A stretch of 64,000 nucleotides of DNA, taken from contig NC_043001.1 in the NCBI RefSeq assembly GCF_006345805.1, forward strand, positions 3,906,001-3,970,000, in the 5' to 3' direction. Shown in pieces: positions 26,293-40,718 of the stretch (the stretch's first letter is position 1; every line of letters begins with the position of its first letter). The notes under the pieces were generated by a model. It made no database searches and had not been told where the DNA came from. It worked only from the letters and a program-made list of their open reading frames with translations. The DNA is from Octopus sinensis. Taxonomy: Eukaryota. The translations under genes were made by a program, and so were the position numbers.

Positions 26293-29248
26293 TACAAGAA
26301 ACAAGATGAGGACAAATATCCCTGAAGGGTAAATAATGTAGATAATGTACATAATTCCTCATCTCTTAAATATAGAACTGCATTACAATGATGCTAACAA
26401 ATGGATTAGAACTCAATGTAAGTTACTGAAATAAACTCATAGTGATATATAATGTGCATCCGAGTTTAAAGTCGTTGGCTATTCTGCTAATTAGGTTGTG
26501 AAAACACAATATATTTGGAAGAAGAAGAGTGATCCTGAGAGGGATATTTGAGTATATTTCTTATTGCAACTAATTAGGAACCATGAGAATTATGAAATGT
26601 TACAAATACATTTCAGATTTGCGTTCATAAAGTTTGAAACCACAAAATCAAAATTCAAGACACAAATGGTGGAATATGTAAAAATAAAGAAATGTTTAAA
26701 GAATCACAGAAATAAAGGAAACAGTCTTAAAATTAATAAACCTCCAATGGATGCTATCTTGTCTGCCATGCATCGAATTTCATCCTAATCCTCATTCGGT
26801 GCGACAGAAAAGCGTTTAACATTAGACAGATGTAGAACTAAAATCAACCGTGTTCAGTATTATGAAAATTTACACGAAACAATTCATTAATATATATGTA
26901 CATAGATACAAATGGATATATGTGTTTGTGCGAGTGTATATGTATGTGTGTGTATGTGTATATGTGTGTGTGTGTGTGTGGTACTTATATGCATATAAAC
27001 ATAGGTAAAGAAATAAAGCCTGTTATCGAGATCATTTGAGCAATACCGAAAGTGTCAGCTCGTTTCGATACCAACATCTGACATCATTTTCCCACTATGT
27101 AGCGGAATGTCAAGAAATTGCCCCTAGAAATTAGAGGACGACAGATAAAAATGTGTCAGGATTAAACATTCATCTTACTTTCAAAATGTCATGATGAGGA
27201 CTGTTATTGACGCCAGATTCTATAACTACTACTAGAAATTGTCGTTTAGCAGGAATGTTCATGATATTATCAATATCATGAAAGCTATTTTTGCCATTCT
27301 AAATTCATGAGATGCTGCTGGGAATATTGCAAGCATTTTTCTTCTAAAGTGTCCTAGATTTCCATCAAGTGTCATGGAATTGTGCTATATATTAATAATG
27401 TATAACTCTATTTGCTTTAAACATCTTAACTGAAAAAAAAGAAGAACTCGTGAATCAATAACGCATGGCGAAATGACTCTTCTGGATCCTGTGAACCAAT
27501 TGTATCAGCGCCTCTGCTTGTATTGTTGGCGATAACAATGGCAGAGAGTTCAAAACCTATTCAGAATTGACAGAATCCAAGCTGAAAATGAAATTCACCT
27601 GAGCCATGCAGCGCATAGGAACTTGATGTACGAATATAAAATCAATAAATATCTTGTTGAAATAACAAGTAAACGTAAGACATAATGACAAGAGGAATAC
27701 AATAGATTGAAGAAAGATAGTAAGCAATATATCCTGTTGGGGTGTTGGAGAATTAAGTTAAAGAATCTCATGTGAAGGATGTTTTTGGAAACAGAATCAA
27801 CGTAAATGGATACACTTATCAGGATACCACACTATGTCATTACATCTTTAATCAGTCTTAAAATGTAGGAATAGTGGGCTGCGATTAATTGTCTTCGGTA
27901 CAAAATCTACAGCTAGCAGGGTGGGAGCAAATTCTGGCGTTATGCAAATCATGTTTGGACTGAATAAGTTAAGGAGAATGGCAACCTTTAGGGCGCTCAT
28001 GCTGTTTCGTTAAACCTGCAATGCTCTACGACTAGGAGCTTAACGACCATCAGGTAAAATTAACTGATACGTTTTCTAGATAACAGTCTATCTTTCTTAT
28101 AAATTTAGCCTCAAAACAAGATTTCAAAAAGTACTTATAAGTCAAGAACCAACTGCAATTGTTTTTCTTTTTTTGTTTTTATTTTTCTCGTTGGAAGGGA
28201 TCCATGATTAGCGGTGTTCGTCATTTTTGTGACAGACACAACATCCATAGGTACGCATTATGCAATATTTCAAGGGTTATCTTTGAAATGGTGTGGAGTT
28301 ACGTGTTCGCTATTCAACTGTTACGTCTAGCAGGTCGACTGGGCCGCTTAAGGCTTCTTATTGGGTCGAGATAATAAAAATGGCACATTTGGGGATACAG
28401 TGGTTTCATTTTCAAATGGTAAATGTTAGGAGGAGCATCGAGCATTAGAAATGTTCGCGCTTGTTCTCACAATATCCAAGTTTTCTTATATGATCTCACA
28501 TATCCCTCCATGAAAATAATGACAACATACATAAATATGAATTTGACAAAATCTGTAAATCTATTTGAAATATATTTAATCCATACAGCAAAGTTATAAT
28601 AACTAAGTTTCATTCTGCTGTTTCTTTCATTTCCGAAAATAAAACGTGCAAAGGTATAGCTTTGAAGGAAAGCTATGAAATATATCTAGTGACCAGAAGC
28701 ATGGATCTTGAGCAATAATTGAAATTTAATATCATGAATTTGTGGTAAATACCACAGAGTGCAACTATGAAGCGAGAGGGTTAACAGCAATTTAACATGA
28801 TTTTACTTCATTAATGTCCTCAAGGAAAAGTATGAATGACAACATTATCCTATCATTTCCAGCGTTCTTCTCCAAATACCAAGTTTCCTATCGATATAAA
28901 ACGTTCTCATTATCATGGATGAACCATCATGTAATAAATGCGAACATGTAATAAAGGATTTTCTGTGCATTTATCTGATTGTACGTACCTATAAATACAG
29001 AGCCGCTTCTCAATAAACACACACAAGAACAGGAGTAAAAAGGGTAAATGATTATGCATATGGATATGTGTGTATATGTGTATAGGTACAACGTATACAT
29101 GTGTGTGTGGTATATGTATATATATGTATAACTATATATATGTGTGTGTGTGTGTGTATTTATCTACCTGTCTATCTACATATCTATCTACCTGCCTATC
29201 TATCTATCTTTCTACTTATCTATCTATCTATCTATCTATATATCTATA

Positions 29249-29306
<58 letters not shown>

Positions 29307-30414
29307 CATGTGCGTGTGTTTAAGTTAGGAATTTAATTTGCAAGTAAGGTTAAACTACGATCAAATTCAACAAAATTCAATGATCATAAACACGAACACA
29401 CATTTACCAAAATAAAACCAGTAAAAAACCGTACATGCACGAAAACGTCAGGCTGTCAAATACACAAACAAGCACAAAAAGCACATTCACAAAAAGTTGT
29501 GTGAGATTGAACAACGCGTGAAACACGTACATATAAGAGGCCCGTAGGAAGCCTCGAAACTCTTAAATTCATAGAATAAATAGAGCGGTATCAATGGCTC
29601 GGTCGCGGTACTACAAAGGAAAAATTAAATGCCCTTAAATTAAATTAAAATTAAAATTTTATTAAATAGATTTCTATTATTATTAAAGGGTTGTTTCCAT
29701 TATGAATTTGAGTCTCCACTCATGGTCTAAATTATAATCACGTGATAGAGAAATAAATCGGCCAAGAATTAAGTGAAAACTAAAAGCACAATAGAAAATT
29801 ATACAACGTAGCCTAAATTGTAAGACCCCAAATACACACTATTCTTATATGACAAAATATTGTTGACAGTTCAAAATTTAATATACACCAGGAAAATAAC
29901 AGTTGCAAAATTACGAACCATTCAAGCCATCTTAGGGGTGTCACAAAAATATTGCTTATAGAAACGTTATAAATAAGTCTAATACTCTTCTCGTGTCCAA
30001 ACTCTGTGAACGTTTCTTAGCAGGTGGTCATGTCTGGGAAAGTCATGACAAAGCTTGGATAGAAGCTAAGGTCCTTTAGAAGGTGATTCCTATATCACTT
30101 TTAGTTTCGAAGCACTATTCTCAACAGTATCTTTTACAGAACTTGTAGAAGCAAGAGCATTTCTATATAAGGCTATTTTGATAATAATATACATTGAAAT
30201 TTTGCACCAGATTACAGTAACAAAAGCTGTTAGTTATACTCATATATACACACATAATTCCATTTAATAGAATTGCTTAATGTTCTAGTATCATTGGTTT
30301 CCTGAAGAAAATTCCGCATTAATTCAACTGGAAATCGAAGTACGCATGCAACTCAGCTACTTAGCAAAGGAGAATCACAAAATACACACATACACTTATA
30401 TCTACAACACGCGC

Positions 30415-30461
<47 letters not shown>

Positions 30462-30473
30462 AACACACACACA

Positions 30474-30505
<32 letters not shown>

Positions 30506-31322
30506 CATGCATACATGCATATACGCGTGTTTGTGCCTATTAATGTGTTTGATATGTACAGTGTGTGTCTGTGTGTGTGCCTGTGCGCAGAGAGAGAGAG
30601 AGAGATACAGAGAAAGGCCGGAAGTGAAAAGATATAATGGAAAACAGTAATAAGTTCTCCATATTCATATAGAGAATCTTGCAGAGTATACCATATTTAT
30701 ATATTCTCTATGTAAATGCAAATACATTATATTTATTGATATCTATTTTTCTCCCCCACCCCTCCATTTCTTTCTTTCTTTCTTTATTTCTCTCTCTCTC
30801 TTTCCAAGTCTCTTACTCTGTTTCTCTATTACCGTTTTACACTCTCCGTTGTGTCACAAATATTATTTGTAAAAATGTACAGGTAAGGAGTTAGTACTAG
30901 AATAATATTTATGCGTAATATTTATGCGCGTCAATATGCATACAGTAACCTGTATATTTATCTCTGTCACTGTCTACAGTATACACACACACATAACACA
31001 ACACAGACATTCAAACACATTGGCACTCACACACAGAACTCAACACAGAAGCATTGGTATGTAAACATTCATATATTTGGCATCCATAATCCAAATGCTA
31101 ATACTGCCTGTCATATAGTATGACAGAATACGTTCGAAAATGTAGAATAAAATATATTTTTCATAAATATATACGCCACTAGCAAAATTTTGAGTTAAGT
31201 GACATTCTTTACGGCCTAGATTCTACGTAACGTGGTTAAACTTACAACAACGGTAAATCATTGCACCTTATTAATATATATATATATATATACACATACA
31301 TACATACATACATACACACACA

Positions 31323-31390
<68 letters not shown>

Positions 31391-31791
31391 GAGTATTATT
31401 GGTGTTAAATTGTATTGAGTAATAAGGAACTTTAGGTTAATTAAAATTTGTTTGTGACATATTTTGAATTTTAAAGGTAGATTCAATGTAGCTACAGTGA
31501 CGAAAAAAATTTCCTTATGGGAAAAGATACAAAAACGTCATATCTGCTCGTAATGCTATTGGCCAGAACACACTCGTTCAAATATGTGTGCATAGCATCT
31601 TACAGCAGAAACAGCTAAAACGTGATGAAGATTGCGGTGGAATTTTTCATTCCCTTGCATCTTTATTTCTTCTACGTGTATATATATATATATATATTAA
31701 GTGTAGGAAAAAATGGTTATCATTTGAATTATCCGTAATAAGATAATTCATTTATCTACTTCAATAATATATATATATATATATATAAGAT

Positions 31792-31866
<75 letters not shown>

Positions 31867-32235
31867 ATGTAGTCGTTGGTTTCATACCTATTTTTCCCTA
31901 AGCAGTATAAGCGACTCGTAACATCTGTTGTCCTTTTACATTCGAAATCTATACTTCTGGGCGTAAGAATACAGCTTTGTTTACCAAGTTGTAAAAACTT
32001 CCCTTCTAAGCGAGTCATCTAAGCGTGATGGAGTTATTTCCCTTTGATCGGTTGAAGTTGAGTCCGAGAACGGTCAGTGTATACACGAGATCGGTTCGCT
32101 CGTCAGCAAGCAGGGAATTTCATGTCTTCAAAATGAATTTTCTCTCATAAAGGCTTTCACTAAACACTTCACTTTTGAAATTAAAGTCTGCGTCGTCCGT
32201 TCCCGTCGAGGAAGTAGCCTAGAGAGTCACCTTCA

Positions 32236-32422
32236 CTGTGCTGCAGTAATGGAAGAGACTTTGAAGAAACTGTTGTCACCAAGTGACAAAGATTCCAGGA
32301 ACTTCCAAAACAAAATTAGACAATACAACGCTGCAATGTAGATGACATCATTTGGAGCCACAAGAGATTTAATTGGGCCAGGATTCATGAAAAAACTTTC
32401 AAGATCCAAGGTCAGATATATG
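32236..32422 (+). pseudogene. Helitron RepHel N-terminal fragment
   Basis: Broken frames read LCCSNG...LKKLL...NFQNKIRQYNAAM*MTSFGA...GFM..FKIQGQIY, the block that precedes the Rep domain of Helitron proteins. Confidence 0.8.
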
Positions 32423-32893
32423 ATCCCATTTCAAAGTCTTACAGCTGTTTCTGTGACATCTAGGATACCTCAGAAGTAGCGGTAAGACTGAATTTTTTCC
32501 CAATAATAATAATGTATATCACTTAAGATGTTTGCCTTGCATTTGCGTTTGTTTACCTCATTAAGAATTATATATCCTTTATATCGGAGATCTGTAATGA
32601 CTCCATAACTACCATCTTGGCTACAACTTTGCAGCCCTAGTAAAGCGTTACACCAACTACCTAGCGTACTTAATCCTTTAGATCCCCAGCTAAACCACCA
32701 TAGTTTGTGAGTGTACATATATATATATATATGTGCGTGTGTGTTTGTGTGTGTGTGTAAGTGTATGTGTGGATATCTATATATGTATGTATATATGTAA
32801 GCAAGCATGAATATTTGTATATTCTTTGCAATTTACCAAATGGCAAACTGAAGTGAAAAAGCGACAAGGCACGCCAAAGGCATGAACAGTCAG

Positions 32894-32994
<101 letters not shown>

Positions 32995-33103
32995 TATATA
33001 TATTATATTAAATTAGAGATAAAACCACTATTAGGCAAATCATACAATGAAAAACTTAAGCCAATACATAAGATTAATTAATTATATTATTTAAATATGT
33101 ATC

Positions 33104-33162
<59 letters not shown>

Positions 33163-34782
33163 TATATATATATAATATGTTAAGTTTCAAAACACAGAGA
33201 TTCAATGGATATAGATTGATTCATTAATCAATTAACATTGCCTGTAATTGTTTCACTTCACACTCAATTTGTATTACAAAACATATAATAATATGCTTGC
33301 ATTTTGAGTACCCTGTGTGGGTGATTTCAGGGCAAAATTGACATTACATATTTTATATTATGATGAGTTGAAATACTTCAACAGCCTAAGCAGACGAAAG
33401 AGTGTTTATTGTGTGCGTGCGTGAGTGCATGCCTGTATATTTTTGTTTTTATTTAAATAAAATAATAATAATTATAATATGAATTAAATTATATATGAAT
33501 ACAAATAAAGGATGAAAATAAAGATTAACACTAAATAATAAAAATAATGAAATATATTAATAATAAAAATAATGAAATATATCATAATATTTTCATTAAT
33601 GAAATATTGTTAAATGAAGGTTAATAACTATCCATCTTTAATTTTATCCTTTATATTGATGCTTATATATTTTAATATGTTACCGGTGAATGTGTTAAAT
33701 AATAAGCCACTAAAAGGAATGACATCTCTCCAGACACAACAAAATATATTTCAATACACGAACTCGCGTAAAGAATCTTCTAAAGTAAACCCCAACACGA
33801 AATATATATGCTTTATTGAATACATATAGAGCTATTATATTTTGAAAAATCATGGAAATTCGGTATTCATGGGAACAAGGCGCCATGTAAACGTGGCAAG
33901 CATAATTTGAATTTCAACACCAACTCATGAGAAGTGAATTAGTTTGCAGGAGAAATCAATGTTTGGAACCTAATCATTTGGTCATTGGATCTCGTGACAA
34001 TTACATACATACATATATTAACCTCATAAAAAGAGAGATTCGATGATATTATTGCATAAAAGAGAAAATCCATTAGCATTTAATTCGATCCACTCCATTA
34101 TCAGAAATCAATTTATCGGGGTTTGAGCAAAATGTACTCCAGTACAGTGGAAGACGAATTCGTTGTATTGGTATAATTATTTTAAAGCTGACACTCACTG
34201 CAGACTACGCAGCTATCGAGCAGCTTATTTACTCATCATATATAGGCTGCAGATAATGATGGTGCTACCAGATATTTCCTACACATCATCAAGACTCTTA
34301 CCGACGAGAGAGGAATCACGAAAATGAGTAATTCTTTTGAGAACTGAATAAAGAATTTTGATATCGGTCTAAAAATAGAAACCAAAAAACAATATTAATC
34401 TTGAACCATCTATTCTTCTCTGTTGCTAAATATGAAACCCATTTTCACAAGTCAAGATCTTTTTTTAACCTAGATTAAATACTGCATTACTTCTGTTACA
34501 CTTGAACTGTTAACGTGAATCTGACCCCGACTGACAATTTCGTTGCCAAGTCAATTTCTTTTTCTTCATTTGTCATGTTTAGTATCTATCAATGATGTAT
34601 CTGGTGTGTTACTGATGATCTCAGACTTTTACCCAATTTAAGTCGTTCTGTTCATTATTATTCTTTTCCCATGTATTTCACCAATATATTTCTGCTGATC
34701 ATTTCTCCTTTTCTATCCACAGTATCATCAAAATACGATGGTGTTCATTTTGACACACTGCCTGGAACTATGTCGGTTACAA

Positions 34783-35081
34783 CAACGAGTGTTCCAGTTG
34801 ATCCAATGAATTGTGCATACAGCATCTTGCGAGTGAAATTACCGTGAAAGAGGCTGCTCACCCCTCCGACACGCAGAAGGTTTTAGGGTGATGCAGATGA
34901 TTCCTAAAGTGACAAAACTGGCTCTTTGGGATTATAGGTACAACTCATATTTGCAGCTTTCGTGGTTTGGAGTGAAGTGAAATAAAATGTTTTGCTAAAG
35001 AACACAACAGGCCGCCGGGAATCGAATTGACAACATTAGTATCTTGAACGGAACACCCTAGCCACATCGCCACGGGCCTTC
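34783..35081 (-). mobile_element. Decayed tRNA-derived SINE (family B)
   Basis: The minus strand reads gaaggcccgtggcgatgtggctagggtgttc...attcgattccc...tgtgttctttagcaaaacatt...atcaactggaacactcgt. Confidence 0.7.
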
Positions 35082-35626
35082 AACAGTGCCTCTAATAGCA
35101 TGAAACCTCTAATCTCGTCCTGCAAATGACGAAAGGGCCAGCATTATCCGTCGATCTACAAGAATCAGCAAAACTTCACACAGAAGCCACGACCTAAAAT
35201 CTTCAAAAACATCATCTTTGGTATACTATTACTAGAAATCCATAACGCGCTATGGTTATAAATCGAATGCCTTTGCTCATGAGCATGATCAGAAGTACTA
35301 CTCCGACGTAAATTCTAGGGAAATGTAAGCAATGGTCGAAGAAACAACCTGGTAAGTGTTCGCAATTGGTTATTGTATGGTAGGAAAGTGTATTTGGAGG
35401 AAGAGCGAGTCATTGGTGTGTCGAATCGCCATATATAGTCACTCGCCCATCCATTTATACGATCCTTTTTCTTCCTGTTTTATTATTTCTGTCTAGCTAC
35501 ATCATTTTTATTATTACCAGTTCTATCTTTAGACTTGTGAGACAACTTCAGGGAAGGGCTGGGATGGATTTACACGTTTAGCCCCTACCATCAACCTTTA
35601 GTTCTCATCTCTAAATAATATGTTTC

Positions 35627-35871
35627 CTTCTTCTTCTTCTTCTTCTTCTTCTTCTTCTTCTTCTTCTTCTTCGTCGTCGTCGTCTTTTTCTTCTTCTTTT
35701 CGCTGCCGTTGTTTCTAATTTTGTTCTTAATGATGCTAACAATAAAAAAATGTTGTTGTTGTCGTTGTTGACGATGCTGTTGCTAATATTATTATGAATA
35801 ATAATGATGATGATGGCAATAATAATAATAATAATAATGATGATAATGATGATGATGATAACAACAACAGC

Positions 35872-35916
<45 letters not shown>

Positions 35917-36431
35917 AGCAATAATAATAATAACAGTTGAGAGGAATTCTTTGGAGTTTCGATATTCAGCACTGGAATCAGGTAATTTGTTCACCATCGT
36001 TAAACAACCGTTATTCAAGGATGTTTTGGGTGGGATGTCCTTCACAACTTGCCACCTAAAGAGGGGAATTATTTGGTGTTTGAATAATTAATCTCTGGAA
36101 GAATGAGCGTTTCGTTAATCATCCTTAAACGACAACATTTAAGGCATTATTTGAGTGGCATGTACTACTCCGCTTCAAGAAAACACGAACTGGGCCCCAG
36201 CACAAGGCCTTGTGCGTGCTGCTTATTTTGATATGAGATTCAAATGTCAGACACATACGTGATGCATGAGCCTGGTGCGCTGCTATGACTTCTTCGCTTG
36301 GATTTAATCTTGGTTCAATCTTCTGTGATGTTGCCTCTTTGTTATCTTAAATATCGTTTTTAGATTCTGAATAAATAACGATTTGTTTCGGTTGGAAGTA
36401 ATAAGCATGCTATGTCTAATATGGTATTAGT

Positions 36432-36513
<82 letters not shown>

Positions 36514-36526
36514 TAATATTAATAAT
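35627..36526. repeat. Microsatellite cluster (CTT)n, (AAT)n/(AAC)n enclosing a decayed family C copy (~35933-36285)
   Basis: Repeats seen directly; ttcaccatcgttaaacaaccgttattcaagga, aactgggcccca and gtgatgcatgagcctggtg match family C. Confidence 0.8.
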
Positions 36527-38143
36527 GAGGAGAACACAAACAACAAGAACAGTCGCAACAGCAGCTAGAAGAAAAAAGGAGTAGAAACAGAAGTTGAACG
36601 AGAAGAAGAAAAGATGAAGAAAAAGGAGTTAAGAAAACGAAGAAATAGTAGAAGATCAACAACAACAACAATGATAATATCTTTTATTGGCCAGAATGTC
36701 TAAAGACGGAGAACGACATAAAACGACGAGATACACCACACCAAACATGTGGTATCGGAGGTAATATCCATCATGGTGAGACTCTACATTAGTAAAGAAA
36801 TTAACTAAAGTATATATGAAGAGAAAAGCAGAGAAACACGGCAAGGAAGAAGAAGAAATAGAGAATCAATGTTGATATTTATGGCTTAAAATTCGGTACA
36901 GGCCTTGTGATTTTACGGGGAGTTGTATAATGGATAATCCGTTAAAACACTCTTAGTGCTCAGCTCCTATTTTATAGCCTACGAAGTGGTACTGAGAGAA
37001 TAATTTTTTTATAATCATTTTTAATCAACGGCTTTTGGAATATATATCCAAGAGCAACGTTTTCGGCTTTATGTTCTTTTGTTTATATTATCCCGTATGG
37101 TATTTACAGAGGTAGGATGGCACTAGCAAAATTACTGATATGACATAAAACACATAAAAGAAATGTCAAAGGCAATACCCAATATAAGCAATAGAGACGA
37201 AAGTGAAACTAAGACATTTTGAAACATGAGATATTTTATTTGGTAAAAGAAAAGCAGGAGAACGAGAAACAGTGCCAAAGAAAGCTTAAGCGAAGTTAAC
37301 AAAGTAAGGCCAGTTCTATTGCTAGAATTACAATTAAAGAGAGCGTTTAGATAAGCGCCCAATTCAGTTAAAGAATCAGTCATGGCAACAATAGGTCACA
37401 AATGCCTGTACTTCTTTGCCGGAAGAATTCATTTGAAAACGGCGACGTAAATGAGTTACGTTTGCTTAGTAATGACTAATTAGGATTTTTGTATACAATT
37501 AAAGGAAGTGTAGACTTGTGACAAAGGATGCTCCTTTCATATAAGCGTAGCATATGGAAAGATGTGCTGAGTATATGCTGTTAGTTAATATCTTCAACTC
37601 CAGTATATAAGCTTGACTCAGTTAAGAGGAGATCGAAAGGATAAAAAACAAAATTAAGACTGGAGAAATCTGAATTGAGATTAGAGAACGAGAAGAATTC
37701 TGTCCAACACTTTTATGATACCGACCCCGTAAATCCATTTATGATCGACGTAGTATGCCTTTGTGAATAAAGAGCAAAAAAATAAAAAGCGAAAGTGAGA
37801 ATGTGGACTAAATTCTCTCATTTAAGTACGAAATAGTGATATGAGGGTGGGGGTACTACGGAAGAATGATACTTCATTAGTTCACTTCCCTTTCAGTGTT
37901 TCCATTTAATTTTATTTCCTGTGCCTAGATATAGAAATAGCTCTTAATATTTCAGAAATTTATTTATCATTTAGTGGAAAATAACCGTATTGAGATGATT
38001 TGATTTGAGAACTGTTAAGCACATCTGTTTCCATTATCTAGATATACATGCACATACACACGGACAAATATAGCTGCGCCTGCATATACGCATATATACA
38101 TATATGTATATAAACATATATGAAGTTGAAAGGAAATTACGCG

Positions 38144-38190
<47 letters not shown>

Positions 38191-38240
38191 CATATGATAT
38201 ATCTCTATATATAGATATATATTATATACATATATATATA

Positions 38241-38291
<51 letters not shown>

Positions 38292-38718
38292 TTATATATA
38301 TATACACACACAAACACAAACACAAAAACTTGCACACGCACACACATGCACACACATACACACACATGTATATAACTTTATATGTATGTACAGGAATTCA
38401 TATGTAAATAGCAGCAAAGTATTGATAAATAAAACACAGTGTATGAATGTATTAGTGTTTTCTGTGTGTAGATTTGTTTTTGTATTCTACACTCGTTCAC
38501 AGTTTGTGTATATGTCCAACAACATGTTTGACTAAATATACGCATATGGATAATGCTTGTTCATTCTTCCAAACATGAAATAAACATAGATACAAGCAAA
38601 TACACTATACGTGTGTGCGTATGTGTGCGTATTTGTCGTTCTTCCTATATATATATAATATATATATATATATATAAGTGGACGTATGTCTGTATGTATA
38701 AATATATACATTTGTGTA

Positions 38719-38752
<34 letters not shown>

Positions 38753-39173
38753 GCACACAAGAGTGTGTGAATGTTTGTGTGTATGTGTGTGTGTATGTGT
38801 GTGTGTTTGCGTATGTGTGTGTGTGTGTAATAATAGGGCGATATAAATATGACTTGGAATGACTTTTCTCAGCAATATTTCTAATCAAAAGATCTTATTA
38901 AAATTCAAAACAGCAGTCTTAGATTTCTGTGATAAGATATGAAATGATCTTATTTTATTTCTGTCTATATTCTACTTAAATTGAATTTCCAGGAGATCTT
39001 TGATTGCAGATGAAGCTATTTATGCATGATCTATTTTACTGAAAGCATTATTGGTTCCATAAAATTTTATTCCAAACCAAAAGCAGACGCCGCAAAGAAT
39101 AACTAGCAATTTTGAAGTAGTATGTGTCTGCATTTTGCTTCAACACATTGGCCAAGATTACAAACCAAACTAC

Positions 39174-39177
<4 letters not shown>

Positions 39178-39248
<71 letters not shown>
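39178..39248. repeat. (TC)n microsatellite
   Basis: Seen directly. Confidence 0.95.
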
Positions 39249-39253
<5 letters not shown>

Positions 39254-40170
39254 CTATATCTATATCTATCTATATCTGTTTACGTTTGTATTGACTTATT
39301 CTTCTTATTTATTTATCAATTACGCCATGTTGTAAGAGCGTCCTCATGAAACTGAATGAGCTTCTAATTTCTACTGGAGAAAATTAGCTCCGTTTCACGA
39401 GATTATTTAGGTCACATGACTAAAAAAGATAAAGAGCATTGCATCGATCTGATGGCTAGCTACTATACAACTGATGTTCTTTAGATATCGATAGCATTTT
39501 AGTGGAAACAGCGTTTAATGAATTCAACTAGCCATTATTTATGTTACCCACAAAGGGTGTTTTTTCTGTAGAAATGGCAGTCAGTATGAGTCTTCAAACA
39601 GAAGTGTGAATTGGGAAAATGATATATTGTTCATAGATGTAAGGGGTGGTGTATTTTATAGGTAATATTAGGTTTTGAAAAATTTATTTTGCAAGTCAAT
39701 TCAAAATAAATGTCGACAGGGATAAAGGAAATTAATCGACATTTTACATATTTTATTATGTTCGACGATATGCTGGATTGAATCGAGAAGTCGAGGCGAA
39801 CAGTAATTAATTTCATTATATCGTAGCTAGAAATGAGGTACCAGTAATTTATTGGGTTTGTTCTAATGAGATATAACAATTCCTAATTCATGTAAATCCT
39901 CAGATAATGAGACAAAGGAAAAGAACAATATATGATGGCTGAAGTTGTAAGATTTCACTGCCAATTATCCGTCGCTGCCGACTCCAGAAAAGAGCAGGAC
40001 ACATTAGTAAACGTGATCTTATGATATTATGGTAGTGTAGTTGCTTAATGCTGGATTATCAGTACGATACCCTGGATTAGGAGAGACTTGGGGTTATAGA
40101 ACATCAAAAACTGTTATAATACAAACCGTCATTGGATCTCAATAAAACAAAATTAATTTCAATGAAAATA

Positions 40171-40718
40171 CGAGGGTGAGTCAAAAAGTAATGCCATTTT
40201 GTTTAGGACAGGTATAATTACCAACACATCAAAATGAAGCTGGTCCGCTGTGAAACATATCCCTACGTCTCAACATAGTCACCGTTTTTCTCAATAGCAA
40301 TGTTCTACCTTCGAATGAGAGCATGTATTCCTGTACCGTAAATTCTGTTGACTGTTCTTTGAGCCACTTCTTCACTATAGTTTTCACTTCCTCGTCACTG
40401 GAATAATGTTTGCCTCTCAAACTCTCTTTCATGGGGCCGAAGAGATGAGAGTCCAGTAACGATGATAGTCCAGTGACAAGGAATTGAAAACTGTAGTGAA
40501 GAAGTGGCACAAAGGACAGTCAACAAAATTTTACGGGGCAGGGATACATGCTCTCATTCGAAGGTGGAACGTTGCTATTGAGAGAAACGGTGACTATGTT
40601 GAGAAGTAGGGGTATATTTCACAGCAGACCAGCTTCATTTTGATGTATCATATATGTTCCTTTGTGGGTAATTGTACTTGTCATAAACAATAGTGCATTA
40701 CCTTTTGACTCACCTTCG
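40171..40718. mobile_element. Palindromic mariner derivative made of two transposase 3' ends
   Basis: TIRs TA|cgagggtgagtcaaaaagtaatgc ... gcattaccttttgactcaccttcg|TA. The left arm (minus strand) encodes HLFGPMKESLRGKHYSSDEEVK..KKWL; the right arm (plus strand) ends GIHALIRRWNVAIERNGDYVEK*, a mariner C-terminus. Confidence 0.9.

Larger units (their letters stand above)
24112..26380 (+). mobile_element. Family H element copy 2, split by a Dong insertion
   Basis: Inverted partial head 24112-24160; head 24165-24228; (AAT)n 24230-24341; Dong insertion; (AAT)n ~26163-26196; 3' region to tatagaactg (26380). Flanking repeat acaatgatgcaaa (24099-24111) / acaatgatgctaa (26385-26397). Confidence 0.85.
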
